The notes under the pieces were generated by a model. That model saw only the letters and a program-made list of their open reading frames with translations. It had not been told where the DNA came from and made no database searches. A stretch of DNA of 49,215 nucleotides from contig CAWASW010000003.1 in assembly GCA_963784785.1 (NCBI GenBank), positions 1 through 49,215 of the forward strand, written 5' to 3'. Positions 1 to 10,015 of the stretch are shown piece by piece. The DNA is from Candidatus Woesebacteria bacterium. Lineage in GTDB: Bacteria > Patescibacteriota > Microgenomatia > UBA8517. The number at the start of each line of letters is the position of its first letter. The first letter of the stretch is position 1. The position numbers and the translations under genes are program-made.

Positions 1-860
1 TTGCACAATGTTTCTAAACGGTGGAATTTAAAAAACATGTGCTTGAAAGATAAAGGTGGCATTTTTAAGTTTGTGTGAATTCTTTTTGTGTTGTAATAGA
101 AAATTGTTTGGTGGATGGCTTCAACAAATTCTCCAATTGTTTCAAATCTTTCAAACTGTAAACCTAAATCAGTTTTAAAATTGTCATACCAACTTTCTTG
201 ATATCCATTTTCCCAAAGGCCTGAGCCTTTTTTGGACATAGAAATTTTAACTCCTAATTTAGTCATAGCTTCTTGATATTGTTTTGATCTGTATTCTGAT
301 CCTTGGTCTGTATGGACTATTTGGCTTTTACCTACATTTCTGACTGCATCAAGATAAGCCTCAATAACAAGATCTTCTGTGTGTTTAATGGAGACACTCC
401 AACCAACAATTTCCCTAGTAAATAAATCTAAAAATGTAGCAAGATATATAAATCTGTTGTTCCACCTCAAATAAGTAAAGTCACCTGCAAAAACAACATT
501 TGGTTTAATTGGACAAGATCCTTTAATAAGGTTTGGGAAGCCAGAATCTGGATTTCCAAAATCTCTCTTTTTGGACCATCTAGCCTTTCTCTTGAAAGGC
601 TTAATGTTGTTTAACTTCATAACCCTTCTGACTCTTTTCTTGCCAAGCTTTAAAGCCATGGCAATTCTTCTGTGGCCATATGCTGGATTACTTTCTAAGA
701 CCTTGAGAATTTGATCTTTTAAGGCCTCATCTTTTGCAGATTGTTTTTGGTTTTGATAGTAAAGATTTCTCTTTGAAATATGCAAAACTTTAGATATTAA
801 GGATTTTTTAATTCCTTTTGTTTTCTCCTCAATTATCTTCCCAACATCTGTCTTTTTTTT
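1..860 (-). CDS. IS3-family transposase OrfB (rve/DDE integrase core), C-terminus off-window, expressed as OrfAB by -1 frameshift
   Basis: Hand translation of the minus strand gives ...AYGHRRIAMAL...VFAGDFTYL...IVHTDQGSEY...ENGYQESWY...YYNTKRIH..., the D,D,E pattern of IS3 OrfB. No stop codon before position 1. The frame is -1 relative to OrfA. Confidence 0.8.
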
Positions 861-1093
861 GACTTTTCCACTTCAAGAGATAGCACTCCAATTATTTCTT
901 TTAACTGTTTGTTTTCATTCCTGAGTTTGGCAAATTCTAGCCAACTAACTTTGTTTGTAGTTTTTCCACCAATCCAATTATAAATTGCTTTGTCTGATAC
1001 ACCATACAATTTTGCCAAACTAGAAACTGGTTCACCAGCTTTAACTTTGGATAAAATTTCTTCTTTAACTTCTGTAGCAACAATCTTTTTCAA
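833..1093 (-). CDS. IS3-family transposase OrfA (HTH, leucine-zipper-like C-terminus)
   Basis: 86 aa. HTH-like segment SLAKLYGVSDKAIYNWI, heptad-like LKEIIGVLSLEVEK, ends just after an A8 slippery tract. Confidence 0.8.
   Translation of the reverse strand: MKKIVATEVKEEILSKVKAGEPVSSLAKLYGVSDKAIYNWIGGKTTNKVSWLEFAKLRNENKQLKEIIGVLSLEVEKSKKRQMLGR
853..860 (-). promoter_or_regulatory. Probable programmed -1 ribosomal frameshift site (A8 tract, TCA AAA AAA AGA)
   Basis: T8 on the plus strand at 853..860 lies in the OrfA/OrfB overlap. Shifting -1 here continues ...KSKKK-KTDVGKIIEEK... into OrfB. Confidence 0.6.
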
Positions 1094-1126
1094 AATATAT
1101 TCACCTCCTTAAAAGTTTCACTAATT

Positions 1127-1636
1127 TTAACTCAAATCATATAGAAACTTAGTGCATTTTAAGGGGTACCTGTCAACATCAATTAATGTATATATGTAGA
1201 CCCTTCTGTAATCACTTCTAACAATATGGATGGTATCCATTTCAACAAATGAACCTAAACTGTCTGAAACTGGCCTTGGAAATGGTTTATAGTCTTTAAG
1301 TTGTTTCTTCCTCCTTGTCAGTTTGTGTTTTCTTAAAATCTTGCCTATAGTTGATATCCCAATATTTACACCTATTCTTTTAAGATATGCCTGAATAACT
1401 GGAGCACATCTACCTATTTTTAATCTTAAATCAACAATTTCTTTTACAACCTCAGGCTTAGTCTCATTTGGATGATGTTTTGGAATTGAAGGCTCTGTCC
1501 AAATGAAGTTTTTGTGGCTTAAACCTAAATCTCTAGATTTTTTAATCCACCTCCAAATTGTTGTCCTATGAACACCATATTTATGTGAAGCTTGAGAAAC
1601 AGTTAACCTACTGAAAACAACATCATTTCTAGCCAA
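1127..1636 (-). pseudogene. rve-type (IS481-like) transposase, N-terminal fragment truncated by the IS3 insertion
   Basis: HTH (HRTTIWRWIKK) followed by the start of the DDE core (FVEMDTIHI...YIYTLIDV). The ORF then runs into IS3 terminal sequence and stops. Confidence 0.65.
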
Positions 1637-1834
1637 CAGTCTTGCTTTAGCTACATATGGATTGCTAGTATATGACAGGTAGGTGTCCTCCTTTACTAGA
1701 TTTCATCATCTGTAAGTGTGGCACCTACTTTTTTATTTGTGAAGTATGTTGCAAAGGTTCGTAGTAATTACGCTATAGCCCTATAGATTGAACAAGTTAA
1801 GATACATATGCGACATTAACAAACGCATGTTTAT

Positions 1835-2899
1835 ATGAACTTCTACTCTCAGGCACGCTTCAAACTTGGTAGAATCAAAGGCTCAAAGAAGTTGATTAAA
1901 ATGATTGAATCTTTAAGAAGGTTTGATATTGATGAAGTTGCAAAACAAAGATTAAAAATAATTAATTTCTATGATGTTCATGGTGAACAAGCATGTATTG
2001 AAGCTTTTAGCGCAGACAGGAAAGTTATTTCAAGGTGGAAACAAAGGTTAAAAGTTTCAAAAGGTAGTTTAGCTTCTCTTGCTCCAAACTCCACAAGACC
2101 TATTAATGTTAGGACACCTCAAACTAGGCTTAAAATTGTGGAGTTTATCAAATCTCAAAGAGAAGCTCACTTTAGGATCGGAAAGGAAAAGATTAAAGTG
2201 TTCCTTGATTTTTACTGCAAAGAAAATGGAGTTAAGTCAGTTTCAGAATCTACAATTGGAAATATTATCAAAAGAAATAATTATTTCCATCAAACTGCAA
2301 GAAAAATATATCATGATCCAAGTTCAAAGTGGGCACAAAAGGACAGAATTAAAACAAAGAGATTGAGAGTTAAGTATTCTCCAAAACCTACATATTTTGG
2401 TTATATAATTTCAGATACTGTAGAAAGGATCACAGATGGTGTCAAAGACTATTTTATCTCAGCAATTGATGTTAAATCTAAATTCTGCATGACCTTAATG
2501 TACAAGCACCAAAACTCAGAAAACATGACAGATTTTTACAATCACTTCAAATCTGTCTATCCTGGAATTATCAAAACATGGCAATCTGACAATGGAAAAG
2601 AAAATTTAGGTTTATTTGATCAAAAGTTAAAACAAGATCAAATACCACATTATTTTATCTACCCACATTGTCCAAAAGTAGATGGCTTCATTGAAAGATA
2701 CAACAGAACATTACAAGATGACATTATTGATCCATATCTATACCTCATCCACAACAAAGGGGTCTTTGGAGAAAAGCTAACAGAAATTAGTATCTATTAT
2801 AATTCCCAAAGACCCCATCACTCACTTAAAAACAAATCACCACTTCAGTACTTTATGGATGAAGGTGGAATGTCGCAAATGTCCTTGACTTATACATAG
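1835..2899 (+). CDS. rve/DDE transposase (IS481-like)
   Basis: 354 aa with IISDTVE, WQSDNGKEN and DGFIERYNRTL motifs (D,D,E) and a YNSQRPHHSL tail. A candidate short terminal inverted repeat TGCGACATT occurs near 1810 and 2870. Confidence 0.75.
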   Translation: MNFYSQARFKLGRIKGSKKLIKMIESLRRFDIDEVAKQRLKIINFYDVHGEQACIEAFSADRKVISRWKQRLKVSKGSLASLAPNSTRPINVRTPQTRLKIVEFIKSQREAHFRIGKEKIKVFLDFYCKENGVKSVSESTIGNIIKRNNYFHQTARKIYHDPSSKWAQKDRIKTKRLRVKYSPKPTYFGYIISDTVERITDGVKDYFISAIDVKSKFCMTLMYKHQNSENMTDFYNHFKSVYPGIIKTWQSDNGKENLGLFDQKLKQDQIPHYFIYPHCPKVDGFIERYNRTLQDDIIDPYLYLIHNKGVFGEKLTEISIYYNSQRPHHSLKNKSPLQYFMDEGGMSQMSLTYT

Positions 2900-2965
2900 A
2901 TTTGACTTTAGGCCACTTCACGTGATAGAATAGGCACATCTCACGAGTAATCGTGGGATTTTTGT

Positions 2966-5290
<2,325 letters not shown>

Positions 5291-5596
5291 TTACTCTTCT
5301 ATTGCTAGAATATCCTCAAACTTAATAAATGTATATTCTTTATTACCTACTTTCACTTCATTTCCACCCCATTTTTTATAAATTACAGTATCCCCAATTT
5401 TAGCTGGAGATTTTATCTGACAGCAATTGCCTTTGCATTCCGTACATATTGACTCACCAACTGCTACAACTTTTCCTTTTTGTGGTTTCTCTCCTGCGTT
5501 ATCTGGTAAATAAATTCCTGAAGCTGTTTTTGTCTCTTTATCTAGTGGTTCAATTAATAAGTATCCTGCTGTTGGTTTCAAGTTAGTTTTTAGCAT
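5291..5596 (-). CDS. groS: Co-chaperonin GroES (start taken as MLKTNLKP, not the longer track ORF)
   Basis: LKPTAGYLLIEP...GKVVAVG...YTFIKFEDILAIEE, immediately upstream of groEL. The longer N-terminus in the track would overlap the operator-like palindrome. Confidence 0.9.
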   Translation of the reverse strand: MLKTNLKPTAGYLLIEPLDKETKTASGIYLPDNAGEKPQKGKVVAVGESICTECKGNCCQIKSPAKIGDTVIYKKWGGNEVKVGNKEYTFIKFEDILAIEE

Positions 5597-5616
5597 TGTT
5601 ACTGTATGAGTGCCAT
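5590..5616. promoter_or_regulatory. CIRCE-like (HrcA operator-like) inverted repeat overlapping the groES start
   Basis: TTAGCATTG-N9-GAGTGCCAT versus the consensus TTAGCACTC-N9-GAGTGCTAA. 14 of 18 positions match with exact 9-nt spacing. Confidence 0.5.
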
Positions 5617-5695
5617 TTTGGCACATACAAAATATTGTGTCAAGAGGAAAGTTTAACGTATAATTATATTATGATAAGAAATGAGCCCTCTGTAA

Positions 5696-6213
5696 AAATA
5701 AAAAACACATGGCATAAATGCCATGGTTTTACCCCTTCTGTGGCATACTTTCCACTTGATTTTTAATGTATTTTTTAACCTGGATGAAACTTGTTGCACC
5801 CACTGATTCTGCAAAGTAGCCATCAGACCAGAATGAGTCACCCCAAAGAAATTCTTCTAACTCTGGAAATTCTTTCCTTAAGATTCTTGATGAACCACCT
5901 TTCAGTTGGTTAACAACTTTTGAGATGGACAAGTTTGGTTGGATTTGTATAAGCATATGTACATGATCATGCAATATTGTAATTTCTTCAATCCACCAGT
6001 TGTTAACCTCACATGCTTTGAAGAATAAGTCTTTAAGTCTTGTAGCTACTTTGCCACGTAATATCCTTTTTCTGTATTTTGGTAAAAATACCAAATGAAT
6101 CATAATTCTGTGCTTTGTGTGTGCACCATGCCAGTACTTTAACATTTCCCTCAAGTATGCCACAAACTATACTTGCTCCACCAGCCTAAAGGCTGGGGAT
6201 TAATGTGCAGAAG
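5696..6213 (-). mobile_element. IS200-type element, copy A (tnpA only)
   Basis: 518 bp, identical by eye to 35350..35867 and 36415..36932. Hairpins lie near both ends (CCAGCC-TAAA-GGCTGG near 6184, CATGGCAT-AA-ATGCCATG near 5708). It is flanked on the tnpA-upstream side by TTAAAT. Confidence 0.85.
5729..6163 (-). CDS. tnpA: IS200/IS605-family Y1 transposase TnpA
   Basis: 144 aa with the HVHMLI (HUH) motif and a C-terminal SDGYFAESVG (catalytic Tyr region). Confidence 0.9.
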   Translation of the reverse strand: MAYLREMLKYWHGAHTKHRIMIHLVFLPKYRKRILRGKVATRLKDLFFKACEVNNWWIEEITILHDHVHMLIQIQPNLSISKVVNQLKGGSSRILRKEFPELEEFLWGDSFWSDGYFAESVGATSFIQVKKYIKNQVESMPQKG

Positions 6214-6252
6214 ATTTAAGGCTAAACAAGTGACCGTTTATGCAACGGTATC
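6214..6252 (-). mobile_element. Truncated copy (first 39 bp) of the 195-bp MITE, cut by IS200 copy A
   Basis: The reverse complement reads GATACCGTTGCATAAACGGTCACTTGTTTAGCCTTAAAT, identical to the first 39 bp of 7660..7854 and 21069..21263. Confidence 0.75.
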
Positions 6253-6256
6253 TATG

Positions 6257-6340
6257 CGGAGGAGGCGAGATTCGAACTCGCGAGGCTGTTAAGCCGCAGA
6301 CTTTCCAAGTCTGTGGAATGAACCACTATCCGACTCCTCC
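6257..6340 (-). tRNA. tRNA-Ser (anticodon GGA)
   Basis: Hand fold: acceptor GGAGGAG/CTCCTCC, anticodon stem CAGAC/GTCTG with loop TTGGAAA, long variable arm, T arm GCGAG-TTCGAAT-CTCGC, discriminator G. CCA is not encoded. Confidence 0.85.
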
Positions 6341-6374
6341 ATTAGAACTTCAGACTAGGATATTATATCAGAGG

Positions 6375-6818
6375 TTATGCTTTTTTCTTCTTTTTATTCT
6401 TTTCCCACTCTTTAACCATGGAGTTTGCAGTCTTTAACATATCCTTTTCTCTCTTTAGCTTAATTTTTTTTGCAGCTGTTGCATAATCATACCAAGAGAT
6501 ATCACCCATTCCAGAGATCTCAATTCCTGCTTTAAATAACAAAAGATAATAAATGTATTTATGAGTTACAGGTTTACCATTTACTGTACCTGCTCCACTT
6601 GATCTTCCTACTTCATCCAAAACCCTTGTATTCATATTTCCCTGTTCTGAAGTGTATCTAATCACCGCTCTAACTGAAGATTCACCTCTTCTTACGACAG
6701 ATTTTAATATTTCAAAATCACCTTCATTATTTTTTGAAAGTAAAAAAAGTTTTTTATCCTTGCCTTCTTTAAAAATAACTGCCCCACCTACCAACAGTTC
6801 GCCTTTTTCATTTTTCAT
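6375..6818 (-). CDS. Hypothetical protein, possibly Nudix-fold with a degenerate Nudix box
   Basis: 147 aa. GESSVRAVIRYTSEQG loosely resembles GX5EX7REUXEEXGU. Lys-rich tail. Confidence 0.35.
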   Translation of the reverse strand: MKNEKGELLVGGAVIFKEGKDKKLFLLSKNNEGDFEILKSVVRRGESSVRAVIRYTSEQGNMNTRVLDEVGRSSGAGTVNGKPVTHKYIYYLLLFKAGIEISGMGDISWYDYATAAKKIKLKREKDMLKTANSMVKEWEKNKKKKKA

Positions 6819-6914
6819 AGTATGTGTATTTTATCACGAAGTAACAAGCTTTGCTTATCATGTTTATATGTTTGAAGGGTACTTCCAAAAATATAGAAGA
6901 TTTTGTAAAAAAAA

Positions 6915-7568
6915 TTATTCTTTTTGTTTTCGCACATTCCATTTTTCCTGGTATTCTAATTTCACCTTTGAAAGCTTGCCTCCCTTTTCAATTTTCTTCA
7001 TAGTTTCCGTATCTACAACATCCTTTATTAGTCTAAGAAAAGGATCAGAATCAAATAAATCATCACAATAGTAAGGATTTAGCAAATAATCACCGTCACC
7101 CCATGTACTAAAATCAGCAGTATTATGTTGAATAAGTACTTCAATTTTATCAATTGCTTTCGCAAATTTTGCTTCCGGCGTTATGCTTTCTTCAAAATCA
7201 GTCCACAATTCAACTATTTCATCCGACAATTTCTTATCACTTAAATAATCTGAAATTTTTCGTATTGCATTTGACTCATCCTCAAATTTGCTGTCTTTCC
7301 TGGTAGATACCTCAAATGCTGGAATATCTCCTACAATTGTCTCAGCAAGGTCGTGAACAATAATGATCTTCAGCACCTTTAGTTTATCTAATTGCAATTT
7401 TACTTTTTCCATAAGTACTAGTGCCAACAAGCACATCATCCAAGTGTGTTCAGCCACACTTTCTCTTCGGTCACTATTACTTGTCCACGAATGACGCATC
7501 TCGGTCTTTAGCTTCTCAGCCATGTTTATAAAGGTAAGCACTCCCATGATTTCGTTTTTTATTTCCAT
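6915..7568 (-). CDS. HD-domain phosphohydrolase (YfbR-like 5'-deoxynucleotidase type)
   Basis: 217 aa. ESVAEHTW...IIIVHDLAETIVGDIP gives the H...HD...D signature. Confidence 0.7.
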   Translation of the reverse strand: MEIKNEIMGVLTFINMAEKLKTEMRHSWTSNSDRRESVAEHTWMMCLLALVLMEKVKLQLDKLKVLKIIIVHDLAETIVGDIPAFEVSTRKDSKFEDESNAIRKISDYLSDKKLSDEIVELWTDFEESITPEAKFAKAIDKIEVLIQHNTADFSTWGDGDYLLNPYYCDDLFDSDPFLRLIKDVVDTETMKKIEKGGKLSKVKLEYQEKWNVRKQKE

Positions 7569-7659
7569 ATTTTTATTTTTAACAAATCAAGTATACCAAT
7601 TTATACGTATTTAATACTACTATATTCGTTTTATGTTATCTATCGTTTTCAAATTGCGG

Positions 7660-7854
7660 GATACCGTTGCATAAACGGTCACTTGTTTAGCCTTAAATGA
7701 TTTGTTGTTTTTCGTTAAAATAATAACACTTTCGTCCGATTACTCGGACAATGCTGAAATTGGTTGTAGAAGCGTTTACTTAGTGAAACTACCTTTTTAG
7801 GCCGAAAGTATAGTAAAATCAGTGTGTTTTAGGAGACCGAAATGTAACGGTCTC
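7660..7854 (+). mobile_element. 195-bp MITE-like element with imperfect terminal inverted repeats and a 9-bp target duplication
   Basis: Identical by eye to 21069..21263. Ends are GATACCGTTGCAT and ATGTAACGGTCTC (11 of 13 complementary). Flanked by AAATTGCGG (7651..7659) and AAATTGCGC (7855..7863). Confidence 0.75.
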
Positions 7855-7857
7855 AAA

Positions 7858-8082
7858 TTGCGCCAATTTACGAATCGGCGCGAACTTTCTTTCAGACCGC
7901 AGTCTGAAATACAAACATAGTTTAACATGATCGTTTGCATTCTCCAAGGGAGGGGTCAAAGGGGAAGGAATTGGAGGATGCTCGACTCGGGTTTGTTCGC
8001 TCAGCCACTGCGTGGCTTCGCTTAACGCATATGATCGGAAGCTTCAGCTCACCCCACTCCGTGGGGTTCGCTAACCCAATTG
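7858..8082 (+). repeat. 225-bp repeat, copy 1 (inverted partner at 18212..18436)
   Basis: My hand alignment of the reverse complement of 18212..18436 finds identity everywhere except 8027..8048 and position 8059. Confidence 0.9.
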
Positions 8083-8496
8083 AAAGGAAAAGGGGGTTTA
8101 TAGTCAGTTCGCCTGCGGGCTCCTGACGGGTAGTTAACGGTGTCAGGAAGATGGTCCATCGACTCCGTTAACTGGCCGTATTTACGGCCTTTTGTCCGTG
8201 TTACCGTCCAGCGGACGGTTAACGGCTAGCCGTTGGGACAAAATTGGACATTAAACATGGACATTTCAGTCGCAATTTGCCCTGTCGGGCAACCACCCAA
8301 GTGCTAGTACACAGAGTGCTTACGCACAGCACTTGGTTAGGAAGCTACAGGCACAACAGGCATTGCTTCCTGAAATATCCCTTGTCAGGGATCCTGCCCA
8401 GCACAAAACACCCCAAAGCTACAGGGGTGTTGGCCTTCGGCCATGTGCACGGGCAGGAACAGGAACAATATAAGTCTAGTAAAAACCTAGGTTTTT
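7858..8496. ncRNA. Candidate large structured non-coding RNA (class unknown, strand not established)
   Basis: About 55% G+C in counted lines, versus about 35% in a background line. No protein-like ORF. More than 15 perfect local or nested helices, listed in the corresponding finding. Confidence 0.45.
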
Positions 8497-8660
8497 GAAA
8501 GGTATTAAAGTAAGAATTACAGCTTGTTCACAGAAAGTTGTTCTAGTTAAAACATTTCATGTTAAATGCCAACTAAACCATTTCGGTTGTATTTATTTTT
8601 ACTAGATTTGTATATGCAATAACGATTTTTTCATTCTTGTTCGTATTACATATACCAAAA

Positions 8661-8858
8661 TTATATAGGATTTCTACCTGCACGATACATAACAATAAGT
8701 CTTGTGCCCTTACCATCATGCCTTCCACTTGGTATTACAATTTCATTTTCTAAGACACCACCGCTATAATCTAGTTTCTTATCAGAATCAGTTTCAACTT
8801 CATCTGTGTTTGCATTCAGATTTTCTTTTTCGTCATCTGTTATTTTATTTTCAGTCAT
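8661..8858 (-). CDS. Small acidic hypothetical protein
   Basis: 65-aa ORF only. No recognisable motif. Confidence 0.3.
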   Translation of the reverse strand: MTENKITDDEKENLNANTDEVETDSDKKLDYSGGVLENEIVIPSGRHDGKGTRLIVMYRAGRNPI

Positions 8859-8883
8859 AATTTATCACCTCTTTTCAAACCAA

Positions 8884-8907
8884 CAAAAAACCTCCCTTCG
8901 GAGGTTT
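8884..8907 (-). terminator. Rho-independent terminator (minus strand)
   Basis: AACCTCC-CTTC-GGAGGTT hairpin followed on the minus strand by T6. Confidence 0.6.
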
Positions 8908-9107
8908 GAAATGCATAGCATCTAAACCCCCGTTAGGAAGTAAATAAAAATGCAAATGTATTTACTTCGTTAGAAGCAAACTTGTTTATTGATTTCATCT
9001 GCCAAGTATAGCAGACTTTTTTTCTTCGTCAAATGTATGTATATTGTGTTCACAGTTCACGCGGATGATTATTTTAACTTAGAAGTTCAACAACAACATA
9101 TTCTGAT

Positions 9108-9887
9108 CTATTTGATTTCAATTAAATACTTCGCAAGAATTGGAGCAACACTAAGATTAGCCTTTTTATTGGGATGTGAGTCCCAAGGTAGAAGTCTTGT
9201 ATATTCTTTCTTTAAAAATCCATTTTCATCAGCGAGTAAACTGTAAAAATCAAAGACATAAATATTTTTAGAATCTCCTGTAAATTCTTTTGAATTTAAC
9301 CAATCTACTAATTTCTTTGCCCTTATAGCTTGGTCTGTGTTTGTAGTTTCTTTTCTTGCAGGTGGAGGTGTAAAAACTATAAATTGTTTGTTTGGATATT
9401 TTTTGAGATTATCTCTAATTACTTTATAGTATCTAATATCTTCTTCAAGTTGTTCATTTGTGGCAATTCTTGTTGTAGGATAACAGTTTTTAAACGCTAT
9501 GATATCGTAATTTAGTATTGATTTAAGTGTCGAATCATTTGGATCTCTTGAAAATATATCTGCATATTCTTTTGGACTATTATTACTCAAAACTATATTG
9601 TAATCAGCCCCTGTTATTTCCCCATTATTATCACTTAAGCCTTTGTGGTGTGTGAAGTTTGATAATAATTTAGGAAAGTATTTATACAGGTTATAACTAT
9701 GATCCCAGAATTCAATTGTTGAATTTAACTTTTTAATTTCATTTCTTAAATCACCCTCTTTAATTAAGTTGCCACCAGTTGAATGGTGGATAAATAAAAT
9801 CTTTTCTGTCGCTTCTTTTGCATTAATTGTTAATGGAGTAAACATAAATATTAAAAATATGATTAATAACAATCTTATTTTCAGCAT
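9108..9887 (-). CDS. Secreted hypothetical protein
   Basis: 259 aa. N-terminal signal-like MLKIRLLLIIFLIFMFTPLTINA. No motif I can name. Confidence 0.55.
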   Translation of the reverse strand: MLKIRLLLIIFLIFMFTPLTINAKEATEKILFIHHSTGGNLIKEGDLRNEIKKLNSTIEFWDHSYNLYKYFPKLLSNFTHHKGLSDNNGEITGADYNIVLSNNSPKEYADIFSRDPNDSTLKSILNYDIIAFKNCYPTTRIATNEQLEEDIRYYKVIRDNLKKYPNKQFIVFTPPPARKETTNTDQAIRAKKLVDWLNSKEFTGDSKNIYVFDFYSLLADENGFLKKEYTRLLPWDSHPNKKANLSVAPILAKYLIEIK

Positions 9888-10015
9888 ACATTAATCATAT
9901 CAAAAAAAGTAAGCTAAAATATTTCTGGCCTAATTTGTGTTAAACTTCTCCCAAAGTTAGAGGCTACTTGCAGCTTTGACATTTAAAAAATTCTATTCAA
10001 GGAAAGGAGACGGTT

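Larger units (their letters stand above)
1..1158 (-). mobile_element. IS3-family insertion sequence, partial (continues past the left edge of the window)
   Basis: OrfA at 833..1093 plus an overlapping -1 frame encoding an rve/DDE core that I translated by hand. The inferred end at ~1158 (minus strand TGCACTAAG...) is where it interrupts another transposase ORF. Confidence 0.8.

Noticed and set aside
5597-5841. The longer GroES N-terminus (start 5626) and ORF 5653..5841
   Set aside because: The extension MCQNGTHTVT has no counterpart in GroES and overlaps the CIRCE-like site. ORF 5653..5841 overlaps the IS200 end and the 3' end of tnpA.
6240-6437. 65-aa plus-strand ORF
   Set aside because: It is the antisense translation of tRNA-Ser(GGA) and the 3' end of the neighbouring gene.
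7935-8126. 63-aa ORF (TTG start) duplicated at 18168..18359, which could look like a conserved small protein
   Set aside because: Both copies lie inside the GC-rich hairpin-dense repeat. The translation is low-complexity and unlike the other proteins in the window. Conservation is explained by nucleotide identity of the repeat, and the variable 22-nt window trivially keeps the frame because both versions have equal length.
8431-8443. Using a cUUCGg tetraloop to assign the transcribed strand of the candidate RNA
   Set aside because: On re-pairing, TGGCCTTCGGCCA forms a 5-bp stem with a 3-nt loop rather than a canonical C(UUCG)G tetraloop. The strand remains unassigned.
7858-8496. Possibility that the GC-rich block is RNase P RNA, a group I/II intron or an rRNA fragment
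   Set aside because: I could not find the RNase P P4 signatures (GGAAAGTCCGGGC, ACAGAAnnCGGCTTA), a group II domain V, or group I P7/R-S motifs. The only resemblances were 8-9 of 15 matches. This rests on memory of consensus sequences only, so a covariance-model search is still needed.
8244-8498. 84-aa ORF in the GC-rich block
   Set aside because: It has no RBS, an odd composition (His/Arg/Cys-rich) and runs through at least eight perfect hairpins. It is more likely non-coding.
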